DNA from: Zootoca vivipara
Taxonomy: Eukaryota
NCBI RefSeq assembly: GCF_963506605.1
Contig: NC_083276.1
Location: forward strand, 85,188,001-85,252,000
Length of the DNA stretch: 64,000 bases
Direction of reading: 5' to 3'
Below, one piece after another: positions 51,104-63,429 of the stretch (its first letter is position 1; each line of letters begins with the position of its first letter). A model generated the notes under the pieces. That model worked only from the letters and a program-made list of their open reading frames with translations. It was not told where the DNA came from and did not search any database. The position numbers and the translations under genes are program-made.

Positions 51104-51239
51104 CAGGCATACCCAAACTGCAGCCCTCCAGATGTTTTTGCCTACAACTCCCATGATCCCTAGCTAACAGGACCAGTGGTCAGGGAAGATGGGAATTGTA
51201 GTCCAAAACATCTGGAGGGCCAAAGTTTGGAGGTGCCTG
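51104..51239. mobile_element. Palindromic hAT MITE, same family
   Basis: Perfect TSD TTCTAGAT. Confidence 0.88.
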
Positions 51240-52569
51240 TTCTAGATGGATAATCTGGAACAACATAGGGGGGAATCCTTCCTTCCTTCCCTAGTGCAAT
51301 AGCCTACAATAATAGCCTCTAGGCAATTTGCAAACAGAAAGCTATGCTTTATAACATGCCTTTTCATATAACATGTACCAGTACACTAGTCAGGGAGCTG
51401 TATTTGGCTGCAGCTGGCTGCTGAGTGTATCATAACCAAAAATCCAAGTTTGCCTTCACATAACTTGTGAAATGACCTTGAATTTCTGTGCTGAATGGCA
51501 GGAATTTAGTAAACTTCTGTGAAAAGCTGCCAACTTGTGACACGGTTTGCATAAAACTGCAGAACAGTTATATAACTGGTTCCCCCCTCTTTGTCTGTTC
51601 CCTTAATGTGCTCCATCTAAAAGGCAACTCCAGAATGTCAGTATTTTGTGGGAGGGAATCAAGTGCACAGCAGAATGTTAGGTTTGTGCCATTAAAATGG
51701 ATGAAAGCAACACATCCACTTAACAAACCCCAGACTTTTTGTAATTTGCAAAGTGATGGGGAAATGTGTTGTAAAGTGTGGGATGGACTAGCGCCTAACA
51801 AGAGCACATATAAACACCCTGCAAGCAAATCAGGATGACTGATCAACAAACAGGTGGTCTGGAGGGGCCCTAAACATCCTGGCTTCATTTTCAAGATGCA
51901 AATTAGCATATGTAGATAGATGAGGACAGGTGCCAATGCAGAAACCCTGACAAGTGTTATCATCAAAAGTGGAAATTTGCAGAGCATTGTATCTGACATG
52001 AATGCAAAGAAGATGCTGAGTTTTTATGAGTGTGAAGCAGGCAGATCTAATGCACAGGGACAACTCGCCTGGAATTTCTCCTGTGCAAGCTTCACTGAAA
52101 TTAGGTTAATTAGGTTTGTGCAGGAGAACTTCCTGGAGGCTTGTGTCCTGGGTTAATTGATTTGAGGAGTATGCCGCTTGGATTTTCCACCTCAAGTGCT
52201 GCAATGTCTTGGGCTTGCCCCACAGAAAGCAGCTCAGTTGCTAATAGGTTCTTAATATCACTTTTGCCTCCCCCTGATTTACATTTGGAAACTATATGTG
52301 GGAAAGCAACCAGAAGATGGCTGAAAATACATAATTGTAAAGTCTGAACACTCACATAGCTTTCTCGATTGTGGGACTCAAGTCTCATTTGTGCCTGACC
52401 AGTCCACCACTACAAAGATGTATATCTTCACTTAAGTCACTTTTTGCCCTACATGTGCTTGCATGTAGGGCAATAGAATCATGTGGTGCATGAACAGAAA
52501 ACCCACCCAAAGCAGCTGCACTGTTCTTGTTTCAGTGCTAAAATCTCCCTCCCTGGAAGGCCAGCTTAC

Positions 52570-52707
52570 CACTGGAGACTGTTTTGGGTTCTTCTGTGTA
52601 TCCAGGTCTTTCTCTGTGATGGTGAACTCCACAGCCTGGCGTGCCTTCTCAGCTTCCCATTCTTGCAGCTCTTTCTCATACTGATCGAGTGGGCGCTGGG
52701 TAAAGAT
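52570..52707 (-). CDS. CFAP65: CFAP65 exon (138 nt)
   Basis: [46 protein letters not shown]; tAG / GTAAGC. Confidence 0.92.
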
Positions 52708-53238
52708 CTACAGGGAACAAACCTATGATTTACTCAGCATTCTGAAAGTTTGCACTCCTGCTACTTCAGTACTCTGAGATGATGAAAAACCTGCTCTGCC
52801 TATAGACATAGGCCTTCTAAGTATGAACTTCTAGCAAAACTCTGACTTTATTTTCTGACCTTATACACCAAATGTATGGAAACAATAACTTGTCCAACCA
52901 ATCAAAGCAAAGGGTTCACTGGGGTCTCAAAAACGTCCCACCAACATCTCAGTAAGATTTAGAATTCTTAGCTAACACACAATCAAAGAGGGAACAAGGT
53001 GGCTGCAGGGCAGTAACAACAAGTGTTTGGACCAAGGACGAACCTCGACTGCAGCACCCTGAGAAATTATGAGGGGGGAAATTGAGCCATGCCTGCTCAA
53101 CAGCATCCTCACCTCATACAATAAGTTTCTAGGTGATGTGCAACAGTAGTACTATAGGAGTAGGTAGTGTAATCTAGCAACATCCTTGGGTTTTGGTGTT
53201 CAAAGAAGTGATGATCTAAAGTACACACTAATCCTCAC

Positions 53239-53355
53239 CTCACATATCAAATCTATGTTGTAGAAGCATGGATTTTCACCAGCATACAGTGTGAGAACAA
53301 ATGAGATGCTCTCCCCAGCCTGCACAACTCCAGTCTCTGGAATAATGTTCATTAC
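53239..53355 (-). CDS. CFAP65: CFAP65 exon (117 nt)
   Basis: [39 protein letters not shown]; aAG / GTGAGG. Confidence 0.9.
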
Positions 53356-53546
53356 CTTGAAACAAAGAAAGTGGTTGTCAGAAGCGTTAGCAGTGCATAA
53401 TGCATCCCCACCAGAATGTTTTCAGGGCTATGGCTTCTAACCATTAGGAAAGGAGGGTATGTGGCTTTCAGTACTCCAGCATCACAGTGGGAGAGGCCAC
53501 AACACTGCCAAAGGGGACCAAAAGCAATGTGACAGATGAAGCTCAC

Positions 53547-53690
53547 CACCATGGAATTGGAAGTCCCAGTGTGCCAAGAAAAAACAATGGCCTCATTCTC
53601 GGAGGCATTGTTGAGAAAAAAGAGTCGGCTGCATTTACTGTAGACTGGGATGTTGCCAAAACAAATCCGGGGATGAGATAAGTACACCGT
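53547..53690 (-). CDS. CFAP65: CFAP65 exon (144 nt)
   Basis: [48 protein letters not shown]; cAG / GTGAGC. Confidence 0.92.
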
Positions 53691-53825
53691 CTGGAAAGAG
53701 AATAAACAGAGTGTGATCCCCTATCCTAACAAGATGGGATCTCTTGTCTCCCCCTTCCCCACCCACCCCTCCCTGTGAAAGGAAGCTAGCACAGTGCTAC
53801 CAGTGCCAGACATTTAAGCAGCACT

Positions 53826-54004
53826 TGTTGTTGTTGTTTAGTCGTGTCCGACTCTTCGTGACCCCATGGACCATAGCATGCCAGGCACTCCTGTCTTGCA
53901 CTGCCTCCCGCAGTTTGGTCAAACTCATGTTCGTAGCTTCGAGAACACTGTCCAACCATCTTGTCCTCTGTCGTCCCCTTCTCCTAGTGCCCTCAATCTT
54001 TCCC
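53826..54004 (-). mobile_element. Bov-B 3' fragment (shorter remnant also at ~28207-28255)
   Basis: TTGTTGTTGTTTAGTCGTGTCCGACTCTTCGTGACCCCATGGACC is the reverse complement of the Bov-B 3' end. Confidence 0.85.
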
Positions 54005-55555
54005 TATATGCATGAAACATGTCTTAAAAAAAATACAGATTAATGGTAGCAGCCTGTCTCACAAAACGCTCTCAGCTACAGATGTGATCCAATTGCAACA
54101 ATGCAATGTAGGATGGGAGGATTGTGAAAAGACTGCTAGTGTAGCTGAAGCAAAGGGTTAACCGGGATCTCAAAAACCTCCCACCAACATCTCAGAAAGA
54201 TTTAGAATTCTTAGTTAACACACAAATATAGGTCAAAACCCCAGCTACTTCAAGGGGACAACCTTCTGTGCTCATCCAGTTCTCCCCCCTCCCCCCGTCC
54301 TTTTCTACCCAAAGGGGAAGGAGAATGTCATGGTGGAAGCAAGACATGCCACCTCTGCCCCACTTCCTGCTTTGGCCAAAAAGAGATGGCTCTAGCCATC
54401 CATCACCACCACTGCATCCATGATGGAGAAAGAGCACGTGAGCCTTAAAATAATGTTTCAGGTGCCATATGCAGAACCTCCCTACTGTTGAATATATAAC
54501 AGGTCATATTATACTGTATATGGTGACATTAGATAGACTGCCTGTTTCAACACTGGTAAAAGGCTCTACATGGTAAGGCCTTCGCACCATAGTTATAAAA
54601 TTTATAAGCAGCAACTGTGGAGATTGGTTGGACAGCATGCTATATCCCTGCTGCAGCTGCTGGCTCTGGCATTTGAACTCTATCATGCAATCCCAATCAA
54701 CCCCTGTGGTTTCCATTTACACATGTTGCATCAGTGGCATGAATCCTTCAATAATACTGAATTGTTTGGTTTGGTTTTTGCAGCCATCACACCGCACTTA
54801 CAAAATCTGAAGCTATCCATAGAATTCTACCAAAGAAGCATCGTGTGTCATCCCAGAGATGACTGAACAAGCAGCATTCAATTCTCAAAAAGCAATTATT
54901 CATTTGCAAGTTACTTTCTTGCAGTGGTCATCAATCTGGGTTTTGCAAAGCCTAGCGCTACTCATCCTGACTTGTGGGCATATCATAGTTGATCAAGGAG
55001 GCTAACATTTTAAAACAAAGCAAATCAAACAGTACCAGAAAATTAATAAGAAATCGCAAACAAAATAGGCCACAGAAGTGGAAATAAAATAGCATTACTG
55101 AGGCTCTTGTAATCTGAATGCATGTTGGCAAGACAACAACATAATGCAAATTGAACAGATGGCTTATCCATTTAAAAACTGACCCATAAAATAGGATGCT
55201 GCTGGTTCATATCACAACATAAAAATGTTCTTCAAAACATGCAAACCCAGGAATGTCTGCAGTATGATAGGCAAGTACTGTTGCTTGCCTGGCTCTTGAA
55301 GAAAAAACCAACACTGATTTTGTGGTTCGTGGACCACAAGTTGCATAGACCTGGTTTAAATTAACCAATTGTACAAAGATAGCCATTGCTGTTGAGGTCA
55401 GAGGAGGATCACACAACACATTACTCAAGAGGAAACAGGAGTACACAGAGAAGAATAGCTCTTGCGCGGTGCAAGGACTCAAACAATTTGAAATCTGTGT
55501 TCCATGCCCTCCAACGTTCTTCCATGCTAGAAGCACAGCATCCTTTGATACTTAC

Positions 55556-55714
55556 CAGACCAGGCACTGCTAATTTGGCAGAACCTGGTGCTGTCGCAGC
55601 ACAAACCACTTTGTCGAATTGTGCTGTGTCACTCATAACGTGTGGATCGAAGCCTATGCCTTGGAAGGTAATCAGAGCACAGTCCCCTTCAAGGATGTGG
55701 ATAGGTACCTCTAC
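55556..55714 (-). CDS. CFAP65: CFAP65 exon (159 nt)
   Basis: VEVPIHILEGDCALITFQGIGFDPHVMSDTAQFDKVVCAATAPGSAKLAVPGL; tAG / GTAAGT. Confidence 0.92.
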
Positions 55715-57073
55715 CTAGGCAGAAAAACGAAACACAAAGCTGCGGCTGGAAGGGCTCTGGTTTTACCCTGGTGTTTGATAAGAGTCAAAAGCAGCTTTCA
55801 GTACAGCAGCTATCTTGCGAGCTAAATCAGGGAAAGGATGTGCATGTCAGAGCCCAAGGGGGTTAGCAAAGCAAGGAGAGACAGACGCAAAATAGGCCTG
55901 TTACCTTTTGCTGGGAAATGTTCCAATTAGATTTCAGTCAGTAGTTCATATCTAAAAATAGAGCTAATAAGGCTCACAATCCTAGGAAGGCAAGTGTGCT
56001 TTTCACATGCTCAATGATACTCTCTTCTATTATTTTACACATGCCAAAGATGACGGCTGAAACAGATTTCTGGATTGAATTCTGCAAGTTAAGCCCTGGT
56101 TGTGCATGGTTCAGAGCCATTTTAATCAATTTTAGTGTTTTTTATAAGCCAGTGTGCACACAAACCAAGAGTTTCTCCCCACTTTTAGGGCTTTCCTGCA
56201 CCATGTGCGTTTTGGGCAATGACTGCCCAGTTGTTTCTCATTTGTTAATCTCCATGTATCTTTTTGCAAGGCTGTGTTTCTTTGCAGCTATGTTTTTCCA
56301 GCATTCATGATGCAGTCTTTTGTAACTGATAAAAATATGACAATAATTTTCACGGAGAGTATGCTTGTCACTGCTGTAATTGTATAGAATGTGGTTGTGT
56401 GGATTTTATCTCCACCCACTAGATTTTGCCTGAGGCATAACCAGTGGTGTATAGCCCAGCTCTTCCTTCCCCCTACGCCCCAATATGTACATTTTAAAAA
56501 GGGTTTCTTGTATAATTCTCCAGTGGCAATGTAAGGATTTCAGAAACAGAAACAGGAGTGGAAATTGCCACAATTCCCAAGTTTGCCAAAAGTAAGGAAT
56601 GAAAGTCAAGCAAGTGAATACAAATCCCAGGGGGCGCTGGTGTGTGGGCACCTGCTTCATGCCCCCTCATCCACGCTGGGGCCATGGCCCCTCTGGCACC
56701 CCCATGCTACGCCCTGATTGAAAGTGTGTTGGGAAGCATATCCTGCATAGGCTAAAACGCACCTGGAGCTTGTTTTCGCTGACTGTGCGTAAAAAGCTCT
56801 CAGATAAAAAGGTGCTGGTCACATACCAAGTTTGCATTCTAAGGAATTCACACTGTAACACAGCTTTGGGGCAACAATGGGGGCTGAAAGTTGGAAGGAT
56901 CAAGAAGCAGCTGCCCCCAGCAGGAGTTATGCAGCAATGAACAAAATGGGAATGTATTAGAACTCATGTGAACAAGGGCAGTCAAAGAAGAAAGTTATAA
57001 TCAGCTAGGTAGGGATGCTATGGGGCACAAATTCCCAAAGGAAAGTGCTTGTTCTTAAAGGTGCCAGCCTCAC

Positions 57074-57265
57074 CGAGTACATTTTGGCTTCCAGTGGTGA
57101 AAAGATCCATTCCGTGTGTGCTGTCAAGCCTGGACCAATCTCTCCTCTTGGATTCAGGCAGACAAACACCTCATGGTGGTAATTCTCTTCCTGTACTTTC
57201 ATCAGAGCATCCACTTGGATTTCATACACTGCAGTTGTGGCACCTCCATTGTACAGTTCATAGAT
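57074..57265 (-). CDS. CFAP65: CFAP65 exon (192 nt)
   Basis: IYELYNGGATTAVYEIQVDALMKVQEENYHHEVFVCLNPRGEIGPGLTAHTEWIFSPLEAKMYS; cAG / GTGAGG. Confidence 0.94.
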
Positions 57266-58304
57266 CTGCAAGAAGAGAGGGGAAAGACTGGTCAGCACTG
57301 GCTTTCAAGATGCTCACATGTTCTGGTGTGGCTTCTTCTGGGTCTTCTATTATGTAGTCCCTATTAGAGGAAACCTAAGCCTGGCAGCTACAATCTTAAA
57401 TGTTATTCCTTAGCAGAATTCCAAAGTTCTACATCAATCTGTGACAGCTAACCAGTTAGCAGTATTTTCTCAGAATGCTTGGAACAGTTCAGGAAATGAT
57501 GTGAGAAAAGGATTCTATTTGAGGTATTTTATTTACCTCATTCTCTGCTAGGTGGCAAATGAAATGGACTGGATGAAATCAGGATGAAGGAGGTTCTCCC
57601 ACAATACATATGCAAGAGACTGGATCAATCAATGACTGATAAATGAACATGTAGAGCCATTTTTTTCTAATATGGACTGTTGAGTGCAGTCTAACTGCTG
57701 GGCACAACGGAAAATTAAATGCAGGAGCAGAGGGGGATTTATAGAGAAGTATCAACAGGGGAAAAGTGGGGTCCTGAACCCTTGTGTTAAGTGATTCTCC
57801 CATGCAAATGCTCCTCCAGCAGTTCTCAAACCCCTTTCAGACATTCCAGTCTCTGGGCTCATCCACACTTCCACTTGTCCTAGGCCTAGAAAGCATGGGT
57901 CCAAGCGGTTTTCAGCTTGTCTTGTGCCTGTCAGACCCGGAGGGTCTGAGTGGTTTTCTGTTTGCCCCTCCTTAGTGCTGAATCGAAGCAAACATCAATA
58001 CACAAAAAACCCGTTTGACGTTTGCTCTGATTCAGTGCTAAATAGCAGGTTTTCCGGGAGAAAGCAGTGGGACAAGCACAACTCTGGATGAACCCTCTGT
58101 GGGAAATGAATTAAAATGGCATGGAGTAGCTGCTGAAAAGGACAATTGGTGACTGGGGCAGGATACCAGTCCTCCCCTGCAAATGTGCCTGTGCCTGCAT
58201 TGGCCTTAAAAAGCACTAGAAAACCCATGTTCACTTTATAGTTTGTAGCAGCACTCTCACCCAAAGCATACGTTTCTCCTGCCAACCATCACCCTGTTCC
58301 TTCT

Positions 58305-59098
58305 CTTTTTTTCTTTTTCTTTTTAATTTGTTTGCACATTTTTCATTTACAGTCAGTTATAATTATTCCAGTTACATACATCATCTCCTAACTCTTCTCA
58401 TCTGGAGTTCCCAACCTACTTTTCCTTTACATCCTAACCCAGTCACTTTGGTTTGCTGCAACTCCTAAAGCTTTCCAATCCTTCCCCTCCTTTCACTCTT
58501 TGTTGTGTTTTCTGGTGTTCATATGTTTAACCCTACTTGTAAATTTATATTTATACCACTTCTTTTTAAATACTCCTCTAGTTGTTTCCACTCGCTTAAT
58601 ACCATTTTTCTCTTTGTATTTCTTATTTTGGCCGTCATCGTGGCTAATTCTACATATTCTATTAGTTTATTAAGCAACCACTGGTCTTTGATCGGGGTTT
58701 TCCTCACATTTTAGTGTATAGTACCCTTGCTGCTGCTGTTGTGTAAAGGAAAAGGTTTTTGTTTTTTTACTTTTTCTGGAATTTCCTGTCCTATTTTAGC
58801 TAACAGGAATGCTTCTGGCTTCTTGGGAAAGGAACATTTAAGCATCTTCTTTAGTACTTAGTAAATCATTCTCCAGTATTCTTTTTTGCAAATTCGCATT
58901 ACCACATGTGGATTAACGATCCCTCCTTGTCTAAACATTTCCAACATAAGTTGGAGCCTCTTCTATACATTTTAACCAGTTTGCTGGGCGTTAAATGCCA
59001 TCAGAAGATCATTTTCGGGATGTTTTCTCTAATTGTGTAACATGCTGAGAATTTTATCGTGTTTTTCCATATTTTTTTCCATGCTGATAATTCTATAC
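58305..59098 (-). mobile_element. 5'-truncated L1 (ORF2 C-terminus, 3'UTR, A-rich tail)
   Basis: Minus strand encodes degraded WHLTPSKLVKMYRRGSNLCWKCLDKEGSLIHMW (CCHC knuckle region) and ...WKQLEEYLK; A-rich tail near 58305-58325. Confidence 0.85.
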
Positions 59099-59100
59099 TA

Positions 59101-59281
59101 GGTAAAGGTAAAGGACCTCTGGGCGGTTAAGTCCAGTCAAAGGCGACTATGGGGTGCAGTGCTCATTTTGCTTTCAGGTTGAGGGCGCTGGCCAGGTCAT
59201 GTGGCCAGCATGACCGAACCACTTCTGGCGCGAACGGAACAGTGTGACGGAGGCCAGAGCGCACAGAAACACCGTTTATCT
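59101..59281 (-). mobile_element. Partial Sauria-type SINE (divergent subfamily)
   Basis: GGTAAAGGTAAAGG tail and CCAGGTCATGTGGCCAGCATGAC core; abuts the L1 fragment. Confidence 0.7.
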
Positions 59282-59410
59282 TTAATTCTATACTGTTCCT
59301 TCTCTTGGAAGGTACCTGCCCATACAGATCTGGACCTTTGAATTTTCTTTTCTCCTCATTGCTTTACAACATTCTGTTGGGGGGGGAGGGAAATACTTTT
59401 GATACCTCAC

Positions 59411-59521
59411 CTGTTTAGGAGGCTCATAGGTGCCAATAGCAATGGGCGTGAACATATGCTTGGTTGAAGTGAAGTGAATGTATCGGCGCTCCATTTGCAG
59501 TGTCACACCAATAAAGTTCAG
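59411..59521 (-). CDS. CFAP65: CFAP65 exon (111 nt)
   Basis: [37 protein letters not shown]; cAG / GTGAGG. Confidence 0.93.
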
Positions 59522-60467
59522 CTGCAGGTGCAGAATAATTGTAGGGGTGGGGGGAGGAATAGACTGTTAGTTTGTACCATGCAGATCACAAACACAATGG
59601 ATTACAAAAGCAGAAGACATCTTGCGCTTGCTTCACTCAGAGGGGCTATGCAGAGGAAAGTGTAACAGTATGAAAGGAAGGCTTTTTCACTCTTATCCTT
59701 CGAAGATAGTTGAAGCAGTATGACTTCAGGGAATAGCTTGGCAGCATTGTCAGGAATTCTTCTCTTTAACTCTCCCACTGAAGAGGTTTAGGGAACATGC
59801 AGTTAAAGAGTTTCTGGCCACCTGGCTGAATAGGATGTGTGCCCCCCAACCGGGACCCCTGCACTCAGCTGCCCCTCTGGGCAGCTATCAAGACTTGTGT
59901 CAAATGGGCAGAGCCAAGGGCTTCGCACAAAGGCACAGTTAAGCCTTGTGTTTTCACAGCCTGCTCAACAGGCTGGATTTTCAGCTGACAATGATCCCTG
60001 AAGTGGGGCAGCGGGGAAAAGAAAAATAAAGGGTGATGGGAACACAATACTCTCACAGGAAATCTTGGGCACCTAGTGGAGGTTCAGTGGGCCATGAGAA
60101 AGGTGCCCACTGGAGCACAAGGTGACTTTGACTCTAACTGACAAGTCGAATGGGAGAGAGGGGGGAAAAACAGGGAAGGCAGGCAAAGTTCAGAATTTGA
60201 GACCAACCAAATGCAGGAAACATGAGGGGCATAAGGGAAGATGGCATGAAGTAATAAAAGGACTGTGGCTCATGTTTCGGCTTGGGAGGAATGATCTGAC
60301 CCACAGCCCTTCACAAAGTTATCTAGTCAGGATGTGAGCCAAAAGTGAGGTCCTTGTCAGAGAGCTGGAAATGAGAGGATGCTTCCCACAAAAGTGCTTG
60401 CTGAAGGGAAAATTCTGCCATCCATGTGGCCTTACTGTGCAGTGAGTAGAATAGTAGAAATAAAATA

Positions 60468-60631
60468 CAGTGGTACCTCGGTTTACAAGCACAATTGGTT
60501 CTGTACTTAACCTGAAGCGAACTTTCCCATTGAAAATAATGGAAAGTGGATTAATCCGTTCCAGACAGGTCCGTGGAGTACTTAAACTGAAAATACTCAA
60601 ACCGAGGCGTACTTAAACCGAGGTATGACTG
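60468..60631. mobile_element. Tigger/pogo-like MITE
   Basis: TA|CAGTGGTACCTCGGTTTA ... TAAACCGAGGTATGACTG|TA. Confidence 0.78.
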
Positions 60632-61026
60632 TATGGTTATGCATGAAGAGCTATAGTTCTAGGATAGGTTAAGGTGTTAATACCTGAGACCTATGGGTAT
60701 AAGACAGTATACAAATTTAATTAATAATAATCAGTGCTTTTGGGGGGAGGTACTCAAAGGTATGAACTGGCATCACTCTGTTTTCTTGTTTAAAAGTGTG
60801 GCACTTACTGTAACAACTTCATGGTGAGTATTTTTCTAGAAAAAAGCACTAATAATAATAATAACCAAAAGGCATACTTTGTCCCTCCACCCAAGAGAAG
60901 GCAGCTTCAGGAAAACAATGTCTCCTACTGCTATACCATTAAAGGAGCCTGACTGGCTATAGGAAAGGGTTTTGGAAATCCTCACCAGTGAGGACAGTTT
61001 CTGAACCTCTCAGCCTAGTATCGTAC

Positions 61027-61093
61027 CAGAATTTCTCGGCCATGGGAGATCTTCAGCAGGACTGGAAGCCGATCAGTGCCAATGAAATCATGT
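61027..61093 (-). CDS. CFAP65: CFAP65 exon (67 nt)
   Basis: [22 protein letters not shown]; cAG / GTACGA. Confidence 0.92.
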
Positions 61094-61557
61094 CTGGGGG
61101 GGACAAAAAACCAATATCAGAAACACACATAGATGAAAATGTTCCAGGCTTTTAAGCAGGAGAATCCTGCCTCAAACAGCAGATTAGCAACAATACATTT
61201 ACCTGCCAAGAGTTGCACTGTTGCAGGTAAAAAGCCAGAAGGACAGATATGTCTGGAAAGATACGTTCACCTAGAAATGCCTCATTTTCTACAAACTCAG
61301 GGCACTGAAAATTTGGGCTTTGGAGGAAATAGAATCCATGCAGCTGTTGGCTTTTTCATGGTGCAAGGCTATGTCAATGATGGTGACTTTTTCTGCCTGG
61401 GTGTCACACTAAGACAACCTTGATAATGCCCAAGGACAGAAGATGGCATACTCAATGGGCCCTTGTGCTGGTGGATGCTAATTAGGAGTTGACCTTGGTG
61501 TTTGGGTTTGGGATCAATTTCCACATGGGGAAGGAAGGAACCACAGCATGTAGGTAC

Positions 61558-61734
61558 CTGTAGGATAAGTGTATGGTTTGCTCTTGCCCTGGAAGCAGCT
61601 TTCCTGCCTTGGGGGAAATGGCAAAAAGCTGGTTATCCTGGATCCGCATCTGATGCAGCTCGCTGGGGTCAAACTCTGTGCTTTCTGCCCAGTATTCCAT
61701 TTCAATCCTCTGGTCAGAAGGAAACAGAAAGGCC
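61558..61734 (-). CDS. CFAP65: CFAP65 exon (177 nt)
   Basis: [58 protein letters not shown]; cccAG / GTACCT. Confidence 0.93.
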
Positions 61735-62174
61735 CTGGGAAGCAGGCAGAGCAAAGCAAAAGACATCACTTAATATTGGAAACCAAAAAGAATCAAGATA
61801 TGAAAACCAAGAGAGCAGCCTGCCTTATGGTCACATTGACAAAGCTTCCCAACCCTGAGCTGGGCAATATGCATAACATTTAAATAAATAAATAAACTGC
61901 TGCACCCAGGAAAAGCTGACAGTGGGCCACCTAGTCCAACTTCTTGCTTGAGGCAGGAATTGAGAGCTAGAGTATCCTCAGCACTTGTCTGTCAAGTGTC
62001 CTAGGTGTGATTCAGGTATTGCAGGGGGTTGGACTAGATGTCCCTTGGGGGCCCCTTCCAACTGCAGTTCTATGATTCTATGACTATCACTAGCAACAGG
62101 GAGCCCACCTGCACCATAGACCATTGGTTCCATTGCTGAACTGCTCTTATTGTTAAGATGTTTCTCCTAACAGA

Positions 62175-62478
62175 AGAGGAGGAGGAGGAGGAGGAGGAGG
62201 AGGAGGAGGAGGAGGAGGAGGAGGAGGAGGAGGAGGAGGAGGAGCTTGGATTTGATATCCCGCTTTATCACTACCCGAAGGAGTCTCAAAGCGGCTAACA
62301 TTCTCCTTTCCCTTCCTCCCCCACAACAAACACTCTGTGAGGTGAGAGGGGCTGAGAGACTTCAAAGAAGTGTGACTTCCCCAAGGCCACCCAGCAGCTG
62401 CATGTGGAGGAGCAGAGACGGGAATCCAGTTCACCAGATTACGAGTCTACCGCTCTTAACCACTACATCACACTGGCA
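62175..62478 (-). mobile_element. tRNA-derived SINE (Squam3-like) with (CTC)n tail
   Basis: Head GCCAGTGTGATGTAGTGGTTAAGAGCGGTAGAC, L2-like 3' end AAGCGGGATATCAAATCCAAG, and a trinucleotide tail seen as (GAG)n at 62175-62243. Confidence 0.75.
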
Positions 62479-62843
62479 CAGATACAATCAGTCCCTGTCT
62501 TTACTGTGCATGTTCATGGAATCACAGAATTGGAAGGGACCCCAAGGGTCATCTACTCCAACCCCCTGCAATGCAAGAATCTCTAAAGCCATAAACATTT
62601 AGTTGTGCCATACAGAGGGCCACGGAGCTCTTTGGGACATAAAGACCTGCAACCTGGCCACCAGCAGTCCTTCCAACAGAGCTTTTGTGTATCTGCATGT
62701 TAAAGAAGCCATGTCTGCACTGTGAGTCCTATGTAAGTTCCTGCTAGGGTAGGTGGCTGTTCTAGATGCCTGCCACCAGAATTCTACAGGGCTGTCCTAA
62801 CTATTCCCTCCTTCGTTAGGGCCAGGAAGTGGGGATTACTCAC

Positions 62844-62972
62844 CAGTTCACGGGTATCCCCCCATTGTTTTGTAGCATCAGCACAACTACTGAGGGCACA
62901 CTTCTGACAGGAGCTGCACCAAAGTTGAAATCCAGCATGACAGGAGTGTAAACCGGAGGGATTGGCCGTGTG
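62844..62972 (-). CDS. CFAP65: CFAP65 exon (129 nt)
   Basis: [43 protein letters not shown] (LDFNFGAAP motif); AG...GTGAGT. Not in the supplied ORF track. Confidence 0.92.
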
Positions 62973-63212
62973 CTTCAAATGAAAGAGAAAAAGGATGTGA
63001 GAAAAATCCATGAGGAGGTGTTCCATGGTGGGGCTGGAAATCCCAAGTGTGGTTCACACGCACACCATATTTCCTAGCACTTGTTTGCCAGAATAGAAAA
63101 GGGGAAGGAAGCTGTTGTTTCAGACTGTGAGGAAATCAGGAGTACTGTATCCCTGTGTATGAAACAGAAGAACTAGGGGTTCAGGATCTGGCAGAAGACA
63201 AACTATTCTTAC

Positions 63213-63429
63213 CTATGCCTGGTAGGCACCCTGAAGGTGAGCTCCTGTGGTGTTGGATCTAGCTCCAGATACTGGTTCAGTCTCTCCAAAGAGAAAAGCC
63301 GCCAGAGAAACAGCTTACTGATGCCACTGGCACTTCCTGTCCCACAGGCATCCGTGATGCAGATGGATGGATAGACACCTGTTGCTGTCACCTGGCACAG
63401 CAGCTGCTTTTCCCCAAGAGGATTCGCGG
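63213..63429 (-). CDS. CFAP65: Cilia- and flagella-associated protein 65, first internal exon in window (217 nt)
   Basis: ANPLGEKQLLCQVTATGVYPSICITDA...LWRLFSLERLNQYLELDPTPQELTFRVPTRH; GTAAGA donor. The AAG acceptor at the 5' boundary is less certain. Confidence 0.88.
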
